From Faecalibacillus intestinalis (lineage in GTDB: Bacteria; Bacillota_I; Bacilli_A; Erysipelotrichales; Coprobacillaceae): DNA of 24,000 nucleotides. Shown here in pieces: positions 17,706 through 24,000 of the stretch. A model generated the notes under the pieces. That model was not told the origin of the DNA. It worked only from the letters and a program-made list of their open reading frames with translations, and made no database searches. The stretch's first letter is position 1. The number at the start of each line of letters is the position of its first letter. Location: NCBI RefSeq assembly GCF_003024685.1, contig NZ_PYLQ01000005.1, forward strand, positions 109,817 through 133,816. Reading direction: 5' to 3'. The position numbers were made by a program, and so were the translations under genes.

Positions 17706-18752
17706 TTATTTAGCTTTAATTGCCCAACGCATTTTTGTTGATTTAGCTCTTGAATTTCGATGACATTCTTCTTTAGTAGGTCGTATTACATTTCGACATA
17801 CATCTTCATAAACACCACTATTTTTCATTTCTTTAAAAGTCTTTTTAACAATACGATCTTCACCTGAATGGAAAGTTAAAATAGCTACTCTTCCTCCTGG
17901 TTTTAAAATATGAGGTAGTTTTTCAACAAATTCATATAAAACTTCAAATTCTTGATTGACTTCTATTCTTAAAGCTTGAAAAACTCGAGCTGCTGTTTTA
18001 TTAACAATATCTTTTCTATTTTTATCTTCAATAAAATTTAATGTCTTATCAATGATTTTATAAAGTTGACGTGTTGTTTCTACTTCCATTCCTGAACGAA
18101 TAAAAGAATATATGTTTTTAGCTAAAATATCAGCATAAGGTTCATCAGAGTTTTCTAATAAAATATTTTCTAAATCTTCTCTAGATAACTCTTTTAATAT
18201 CTGAGAAGCGGGTCTTCCAGCTTTAGGATTTAATCTTAAATCTAAAGGTCCATCTTTTTTATAAGAAAAACCTCTTTCTGGATTATCAATTTGCATTGAT
18301 GATACACCTAAATCAGCCAATACAAAATCAAACTTTCCATATTTTTCACTTACTTCATCGATATTTCTAAAATTCGTTAAGACCGATGTAAAAATATTTT
18401 CATCAAATCCTTTATTTCTTAATCTTTGTGTTGTTTTTTCAATTTCAATTGAATCAATATCTAATCCATAAACGTGACCTTGACCTTCTAATTTTTCTAA
18501 CATTTTAGAAGTATGTCCACCATAACCTAATGTACAATCTAAACCAACTTGTCCTGGTTGAATATCTAAAAACTCTAATATTTCATCTACCATAATAGAA
18601 ATATGCATTCCTGCAGGTGTACTTCCTTTAGAAATTACTTTTTCAATCGTTTCAGGATACATTTCTGGATCTAATTCTTTATATTTTTCTTCAAAATTTC
18701 TAGGATGTGTCCCTTTATATCTTTTTCTTCTTTTATGTATTTGTTCACTCAT
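17706..18752 (-). CDS. rsmH: 16S rRNA (cytosine(1402)-N4)-methyltransferase RsmH-like, paralogue with N-terminal extension
   Basis: HISIMVDEILEFLDIQPGQVGLDCTLGYGGHTSKMLE, FVLADLGVSSMQIDNPERGFSYKKDGPLDLRLNP, KTAARVFQALRIEVNQE, HSGEDRIVKKTFK. An extra N-terminal MSEQIHKRRKRYKGTHPRNFEEKYKELDPEMYPETIEKV segment is present. Confidence 0.9.
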   Translation of the reverse strand: MSEQIHKRRKRYKGTHPRNFEEKYKELDPEMYPETIEKVISKGSTPAGMHISIMVDEILEFLDIQPGQVGLDCTLGYGGHTSKMLEKLEGQGHVYGLDIDSIEIEKTTQRLRNKGFDENIFTSVLTNFRNIDEVSEKYGKFDFVLADLGVSSMQIDNPERGFSYKKDGPLDLRLNPKAGRPASQILKELSREDLENILLENSDEPYADILAKNIYSFIRSGMEVETTRQLYKIIDKTLNFIEDKNRKDIVNKTAARVFQALRIEVNQEFEVLYEFVEKLPHILKPGGRVAILTFHSGEDRIVKKTFKEMKNSGVYEDVCRNVIRPTKEECHRNSRAKSTKMRWAIKAK

Positions 18753-18883
18753 AATTATTCCTCATCTCTTTACTCTTTATAATATAACGAATAATCTTTT
18801 AAGAAACAATAGAAAGATAACAGACTTATTATTAGCAGTAGTAAAAATATTTTTTCTATTTTGGATATATAAAAAATAAGTTT

Positions 18884-19759
18884 TTATTCTATTGGTTGTT
18901 GATAAAAACCGCCATAAAAATTTTCAGTTTTTATAACATTAACTATTAAATCAGGATCCACATCTTTCATTAAGTCTATAATATCTTGGACTTCATAACT
19001 TGAAACCACTGTATGTAATAAATTCATTGGCTGTTTTGAATATCCTCCAATAGCCTCAACACAAGAAATACCATGACGATAATATTGGATATAGGCCTCT
19101 ACAATTTCTTTTGATTTTTTTGTTGTTATTTGTAATGTTACACGTTCATAACGATGGTAAAAAGAATCGATTGTTTTTGTTGAAATAAATTGAAATAAAA
19201 TAGAATATCCTGCATGGATCCAACCAAACATTGATCCAAATATCATAAGAATTAAAGTATTAAAAACAAAAACATATTCCCATATAGATTTACCCTTTTT
19301 ATTAGAAATATAGAGAGCAATAAAATCTGTCCCTCCAGTGGAAGCATTTCCTCTAAGTACAAGAACTGCCATTAATCCATAGGAAACTCCCCCAAAAGTA
19401 ATATTTAATAAAATATCATTAAATAAAGGTTGAAATTGACACACTTTTAAAAACAAACTCGCTAAAAATACTTGTAGTAATGAAAAAAGTGTAAATCTAG
19501 GGCTAATATTTTTATAGCATAAAATAGCAACCGGTACATTTAAAACAATCATGCCTAATGATGTTGAAAACGAAAAGCCAAAATAAGTAGAAGTAATTTT
19601 CTCAATAAGAATAGCTACCCCTGTAAATCCACTTGATAATAAATTTGCAGGTTGAATAAAGACTTGAATGACATACGCTTGACTTAACGCAGAAATCAAA
19701 ACACAAAGAAACGTTACCAATGTTCTTGCTTTTTTATTTTTATTTAGTTTTTTTATCAT
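18884..19759 (-). CDS. YitT family membrane protein (DUF2179-type C-terminus)
   Basis: ALSQAYVIQVFIQPANLLSSGFTGVAILIEKIT...VLRGNASTGGTDFIALYISNKKGKSIW...RGISCVEAIGGYSKQPMNLLHTVVSSYEVQDIIDLMKDVDPDLIVNVIKTENFYGGFYQQP. Confidence 0.93.
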   Translation of the reverse strand: MIKKLNKNKKARTLVTFLCVLISALSQAYVIQVFIQPANLLSSGFTGVAILIEKITSTYFGFSFSTSLGMIVLNVPVAILCYKNISPRFTLFSLLQVFLASLFLKVCQFQPLFNDILLNITFGGVSYGLMAVLVLRGNASTGGTDFIALYISNKKGKSIWEYVFVFNTLILMIFGSMFGWIHAGYSILFQFISTKTIDSFYHRYERVTLQITTKKSKEIVEAYIQYYRHGISCVEAIGGYSKQPMNLLHTVVSSYEVQDIIDLMKDVDPDLIVNVIKTENFYGGFYQQPIE

Positions 19760-20496
19760 ATACTTTTCACAATTTTTTCAACTAATTCCTTAGAGACAAC
19801 ATCATAATCATTTTCATGAGGAACAGGGGCATAAGCATAAGAGACCTCATGTCTGTGTGTTGTTGCATCATTGATCCAGTCTTTACAAGAACTATGAACT
19901 TGATAAATTCCTGTATACTTCATCATTTCTTTGGCGTTACTTGCATTCATGCCACTTCCTGCAAGAATTTCAATTTGACTTCCATATTTTTCTTGTAAAT
20001 TTTTAATTAGATCTTTTCCATCCATTGCTTTAGGTTTTAACCCACTTGTAAGAATACGATCCACTCCTAATTCAATTAATAATTCTATCGAAGTATAGGG
20101 ATCTTCAACACAATCAAATGCACGATGAAAAACAACTTCTCCTTGATAACTTTTTATGATTTCTATCATTTCTTTTGTTTGTTTAATACAAATAGAACCA
20201 TCTTTATTTAAACAACCAAAAGCTATTCCATCGGCTCCATTTTCTAATAAAGACTTTGCATCTTCTTTCATCACTTCAAATTCAATCTCGTTATAACAAA
20301 ATCCTGCTCCTCTTGGTCTTACCATCGTAATTACTTTTAAGTTTGTATTCTTTTTTGTAAGTTTTAAAGTTGCTAGAGATGGTGTTAAACCGCCTAAATG
20401 TAAAGCATTATTAAGTTCAATGCGTTTTGCTCCACCATGATAAGCATTTAAAGCATCTTCATAACTTCCACAACATATTTCGATTATTCTTTCCAT
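19756..20496 (-). CDS. cutC: CutC family protein (copper homeostasis protein CutC)
   Basis: MERIIEICCGSYEDALNAYHGGAKRIELNNALHLGGLTPSLATLK...VITMVRPRGAGFCYNEIEFEVM...ADGIAFGCL...VVFHRAFDCV...LGVDRILTSG. Confidence 0.95.
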   Translation of the reverse strand: MERIIEICCGSYEDALNAYHGGAKRIELNNALHLGGLTPSLATLKLTKKNTNLKVITMVRPRGAGFCYNEIEFEVMKEDAKSLLENGADGIAFGCLNKDGSICIKQTKEMIEIIKSYQGEVVFHRAFDCVEDPYTSIELLIELGVDRILTSGLKPKAMDGKDLIKNLQEKYGSQIEILAGSGMNASNAKEMMKYTGIYQVHSSCKDWINDATTHRHEVSYAYAPVPHENDYDVVSKELVEKIVKSI

Positions 20497-20504
20497 ACTC
20501 TCTC

Positions 20505-21611
20505 CTATAACATTCCTAAATAATAAATTCCTAATGCATATATTTTTGCATTTGTATTCAAATCCTCAATTTTCATCCATTCATTTGGTTGATGTCCAAT
20601 ACCTTTTTGACCCGGAAAACTTGGACCAAAAGGAACAATATGAGGCATTAATTTAGCGTAAGTTCCTCCTGTAGTGGTAACAGGTGTTCCATCTAAATGC
20701 GTTATTTTTTCATAAGCCTTAGACAACAAAGAAACCATTGGGCAATCTTTTTCAAATTTTACAGGAAAATAATGTTGAACACATGTTACTTCCATGTTTT
20801 TTGCTTTTTCTCTAATTGTTTCAACAATTGTTTCTAGCGTCATATTTGCAGGATAAGAAAATGTGACCGAAAAAACAAGTTTACTTTTTTCATGTTTCAA
20901 TACAAAATTACGCATTTCATTTATACCAAATTCTTCATCTTTAAAATCTAAACCGAGTTTTTCTGCATTCGTATTAGCATTTAAAAAATAGTTATTAATA
21001 AACAAAAAAAATTCATCAACTTGTTTTTCTTTAGCACTTATTTCAATAACAGCTCTTCCTCTTTCTGCATAAACCACAGGATACTTACAGTCCGGTGTCC
21101 ACCCCATGACTGGCGGCTTTTCATGTTTTAAATAATACTCTAAATCTTTAAATCCAGTTTCTTCATCACAGCCAAAAATAATTCTTACAGGCTTATGAAG
21201 TTTAATATTTAGTTCTTTAATCGCATATAATGCATACAAGCATGTCATAATTGGACCCTTATTATCTAATATTCCTCGTGAATAAATATATCCATCTTCT
21301 TCATACGCACTAAATGGGGGATGTTTCCAACCTAAACCTGTAGGTACAACATCTAAATGTCCAATAATGCCAATATAATCTTCACCTTTACCATATTGTG
21401 CATATCCTATATAATGATCTAAATTTTTTGTTTCAAACCCCAAAGATTGAGCAATTTCTAAAACCTTGTCAAGTGTTAAAGCAATATCTTTACCAAAAGG
21501 TGCCCCTTGTTGAAAAGTTCCTTCAACACTTGGCATTTTTACAATCGTTTTAATATCCTCAATCATTCTTAAAGAAAGCATATCTATTTTTTTTATAATT
21601 TCTTCTTCCAT
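20505..21611 (-). CDS. M20 family dipeptidase (PepV/Sapep-like)
   Basis: YIGIIGHLDVVPTGLGWKHPPFSAYEEDGYIYSRGILDNKGP, FGCDEETGFKDLEYY, GGTYAKLMPHIVPFGPSFPG, GIGHQPNEWMKIEDL. Confidence 0.93.
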   Translation of the reverse strand: MEEEIIKKIDMLSLRMIEDIKTIVKMPSVEGTFQQGAPFGKDIALTLDKVLEIAQSLGFETKNLDHYIGYAQYGKGEDYIGIIGHLDVVPTGLGWKHPPFSAYEEDGYIYSRGILDNKGPIMTCLYALYAIKELNIKLHKPVRIIFGCDEETGFKDLEYYLKHEKPPVMGWTPDCKYPVVYAERGRAVIEISAKEKQVDEFFLFINNYFLNANTNAEKLGLDFKDEEFGINEMRNFVLKHEKSKLVFSVTFSYPANMTLETIVETIREKAKNMEVTCVQHYFPVKFEKDCPMVSLLSKAYEKITHLDGTPVTTTGGTYAKLMPHIVPFGPSFPGQKGIGHQPNEWMKIEDLNTNAKIYALGIYYLGML

Positions 21612-21612
21612 A

Positions 21613-22569
21613 CTATTTTTCCTCTAAAGGTGCCATCCTTGTTTTCATATAATGATCAAGCCATTCTTGACTTGCAACTTCATGAATACATTTTCCATCT
21701 TTATTTTTTGTAAGATAAACAATTGGTTCTTGATTTTCCGTTGCCACCGCAAATGAAAATCCTTCAATATTAGTTGCAACTCCCCATTCTCCTTTATTAT
21801 TCATTGCAATTAACGATAGATCCCCTGCATGACCTCTTCTTTCTTTTAAACGATGATCAAGTTGATTAACTGCTTTTTCGCAAGCTGCTTGGGGGTGCAT
21901 ACCTTCTGCCATTAAGCGAACGATTTCATAAGAAATACATCCTTTCATTAGATCTTCTCCCAATCCAGTTGCTGAAGCTCCACCTACACTTGAATCAACA
22001 TAAAATCCTGAACCCGCTATTGGTGAATCTCCAACACGTCCTTTTTTCTTCATAAATAAACCACTTGTTGAAGTTGCTGATGTCATTTTCCCTTGTTGGT
22101 CAAGACATACCATACCAACTGTATCATGTCCTGCATAAGGTTTTATTTCTTGTTCACGGACTTCTTTCACTCTATTTCTATAATGAATTTTAGCGCGGTC
22201 TGTAAGCATATTTTTACGTTCAAAGCCTTCTTTATGAGCAAATTTTTCAGCCCCTTCTCCAACTAAAATATTATTTACTTTTTCTTTAGATAAGCGTCTA
22301 GCAATTGATACCGGATTTGCAAAATCTTTAATAGCCGCAACTGCTCCAATACTTAATGTATTTCCATCCATATAAGCTGCATCTAACTCTACTTCCATTT
22401 CTTCATTAGGAAGTCCTCCATAACCAACTGATTTATAATAAGGAAAATCTTCAACTGCTTTTATTGCTGTTTCTATTGCATCTCCTGCATCTCCTTTTTC
22501 TTGTAAAATATGGCTTGCTTCACTAATTCCTTCAACAGCCATACGCCATGTTGCTATTATTCCCCACAT
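21613..22569 (-). CDS. N4-(beta-N-acetylglucosaminyl)-L-asparaginase / Ntn-hydrolase asparaginase family
   Basis: MWGIIATWRMAVEGISEASHILQEKGDAGDAIETAIKAVEDFPYYKSVGYGGLPN, nucleophile region GHDTVGMVCLD, GHAGDLSLIAMNN. Start chosen at 22569 because AGGAGG lies just upstream; the track start (22617) reads through a hairpin and the upstream gene's stop region. Confidence 0.88.
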   Translation of the reverse strand: MWGIIATWRMAVEGISEASHILQEKGDAGDAIETAIKAVEDFPYYKSVGYGGLPNEEMEVELDAAYMDGNTLSIGAVAAIKDFANPVSIARRLSKEKVNNILVGEGAEKFAHKEGFERKNMLTDRAKIHYRNRVKEVREQEIKPYAGHDTVGMVCLDQQGKMTSATSTSGLFMKKKGRVGDSPIAGSGFYVDSSVGGASATGLGEDLMKGCISYEIVRLMAEGMHPQAACEKAVNQLDHRLKERRGHAGDLSLIAMNNKGEWGVATNIEGFSFAVATENQEPIVYLTKNKDGKCIHEVASQEWLDHYMKTRMAPLEEK

Positions 22570-22590
22570 TTTCTTTCCTCCTAGTAGAAA

Positions 22591-22608
22591 GGATGCTAAA
22601 CAGCATCC
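22591..22608. other. Intercistronic hairpin in the peptidase/GrdB-like operon
   Basis: Perfect inverted repeat GGATGCT-aaac-AGCATCC with no U-tract; begins at the stop codon of the upstream gene and lies just before the RBS of the next. Confidence 0.6.
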
Positions 22609-23129
22609 TAAAAACAAAATTTTTCTTTAATTTCTTCAATTTCTTTTTCTTGGTAAAGAGCCTTTGCAAGAACACACATTCCCTCTAAAGACTCATTTAA
22701 ACCTATACCACCCTTTTTAGGTGTTTTAATAATACATAATTTATCTTTATATTCGTTAATCGTTTCTTGATTATCATCTGACATGGCCGCAATTGCTTTA
22801 GAAGATGTATTTTGATTAATATCGTAAGCAATTCTTGCTGCCATTTTTCCATAATTCAAATAATTAAAACAAGGACCACACATTACAACATCAGGTTTTA
22901 ATTTATTCACCATTGCGCATAATTTTCGACTTACTTCGTCAGGATTTTTTAGATACGTCCCGTCTCCACAATAAAGACATGCCACGACTTTTCCATCTAC
23001 TTTCTTTAAAAATGGTTCCATCATAACTGCCGGACCAACAGCTTCCTTTTTTGCTCCTAAAGGAATATCATGATCGTCTTTAATACCAGCGCCTGATTGA
23101 ATTTGGTCATAAATCATGATTATTTTCAT
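22608..23129 (-). CDS. GrdB-related (glycine/sarcosine/betaine reductase component B N-terminal-like) protein
   Basis: DDHDIPLGAKKEAVGPAVMMEPFLKKVDGKVVACLYCGDGTYLKNPDEVSRKLCAMVNKLKPDVVMCGPCFNYLNYGKMAARIAYDINQN resembles GrdB/PrdB VxCGDxxxxxN...D....GPAFNxGRYG motifs. Confidence 0.65.
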   Translation of the reverse strand: MKIIMIYDQIQSGAGIKDDHDIPLGAKKEAVGPAVMMEPFLKKVDGKVVACLYCGDGTYLKNPDEVSRKLCAMVNKLKPDVVMCGPCFNYLNYGKMAARIAYDINQNTSSKAIAAMSDDNQETINEYKDKLCIIKTPKKGGIGLNESLEGMCVLAKALYQEKEIEEIKEKFCF

Positions 23130-23142
23130 AAATTTTCATCTC

Positions 23143-24000
23143 CTACAAATCATCAAATGAAAGATCATCTAATGAAATATCATCCTCTTCTTCTTCATCA
23201 TTTTGCATATTATTTTCTTCTTCAAGATATTGTTTATCCATTATTTTAATAAATGGCATATAGATAAAAATTCCTAAAATTAATAACAACACTTGTAAAA
23301 GAGCTCCTGCCCAATTTGTTGCAAGGAAACCAGAAATAACAATTGGTGTTGTCCAAGGAATATTAATTCCAGAACAAATTGGTACTAAATTCATAGCCAT
23401 TGCAAAATATGAAATAACAATATTCACTGTTGGAACTAATACAAAAGGTATTAATAATGTTGGATTCAATACAATTGGTAATCCAAAAACAATTGGTTCA
23501 TTAATTCCAAAAATACCAGGAACAAAAGAGAGTTTACCTAAATTTGTAATACGTTTTGATTTACAGAATAAAAGCATCGCAATAACTAATGATAAAGTAG
23601 ATCCTGCTCCACCAAAAGTAGCAAATAAATCTTGGAATTGTTGGCAAATAATATGATGTTCACCAGCAATATTTCCTGCTGATAATGTTTGTAAAATTGG
23701 ATTGAATACGGCACCAACAACCGAACCACCATTTACTCCAAAGAACCAAAATAAATGTAAGAAAATATAAGCAACAACCATTGCTCCTAATGTATCTCCT
23801 AAATTTAATAATGGTGTTTGTAAAAATTCAAAAATAATTTGGAATACATTTGTACCTAAAAAACCAAATAATAAGTTAATTGTAAAGAATACGATCATTA
23901 CCATCGCCGCTGGAATTAATGCAGCAAATGATTCTTCAACTGTAGGTGGAACACCTGCTGGCATTTTAATTGTCCAACCTTTACGTTCCACATATGTATA
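23143..24000 (-). CDS. PTS lactose/cellobiose-family EIIC (C-terminal part; N-terminus beyond window edge)
   Basis: GVPPTVEESFAALIPAAMVMIVFF, LHLFWFFGVNGGSVVGAVFNPIL, FVPGIFGINEPIVFGLPIVLNPTLLIPFVLVP. The track start at 23991 is an internal GTG; the frame stays open to base 24000 (YTYVERKGWTIKMP...). Confidence 0.92.
   Translation of the reverse strand, partial: YTYVERKGWTIKMPAGVPPTVEESFAALIPAAMVMIVFFTINLLFGFLGTNVFQIIFEFLQTPLLNLGDTLGAMVVAYIFLHLFWFFGVNGGSVVGAVFNPILQTLSAGNIAGEHHIICQQFQDLFATFGGAGSTLSLVIAMLLFCKSKRITNLGKLSFVPGIFGINEPIVFGLPIVLNPTLLIPFVLVPTVNIVISYFAMAMNLVPICSGINIPWTTPIVISGFLATNWAGALLQVLLLILGIFIYMPFIKIMDKQYLEEENNMQNDEEEEDDISLDDLSFDDL

Noticed and set aside
19816-19998. Plus-strand ORF (60 aa)
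   Set aside because: Antisense to cutC; chance ORF.

Overview
24-kb window from a low-GC Firmicute, probably an Erysipelotrichia-like gut bacterium (inferred from composition and protein style, not tested). Nearly all coding is on the minus strand. Main contents: (1) a partial GH1 phospho-beta-glucosidase at the left edge; (2) a PD-(D/E)XK/Rpn-like protein, a 3-hydroxyacyl-CoA dehydrogenase, and a YhgE/Pip membrane protein divergent from an Rrf2 regulator; (3) two decayed loci: a GGDEF-EAL gene with an in-frame TAG and a -1 frameshift at A_AAA_AAG, and a multiply frameshifted Gfo/Idh/MocA oxidoreductase; (4) a PTS operon (EIIA, BglG-type antiterminator, EIIBC, GH1, Rpe/AlsE-type epimerase, RpiB) with two RAT/terminator-like attenuators and a good sigma-A promoter, whose content suggests allose or phospho-beta-alloside catabolism; (5) a paired ChrA transporter plus Cys-rich CCG-like protein operon with a divergent LysR gene; (6) an RsmH paralogue outside the usual dcw context; (7) a run of YitT, CutC, M20 dipeptidase, glycosylasparaginase-family, GrdB-like protein and EIIC genes, which may form a pathway for glycosylated amino acids. 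No CRISPR array, rRNA, tRNA or complete mobile element was recognised.
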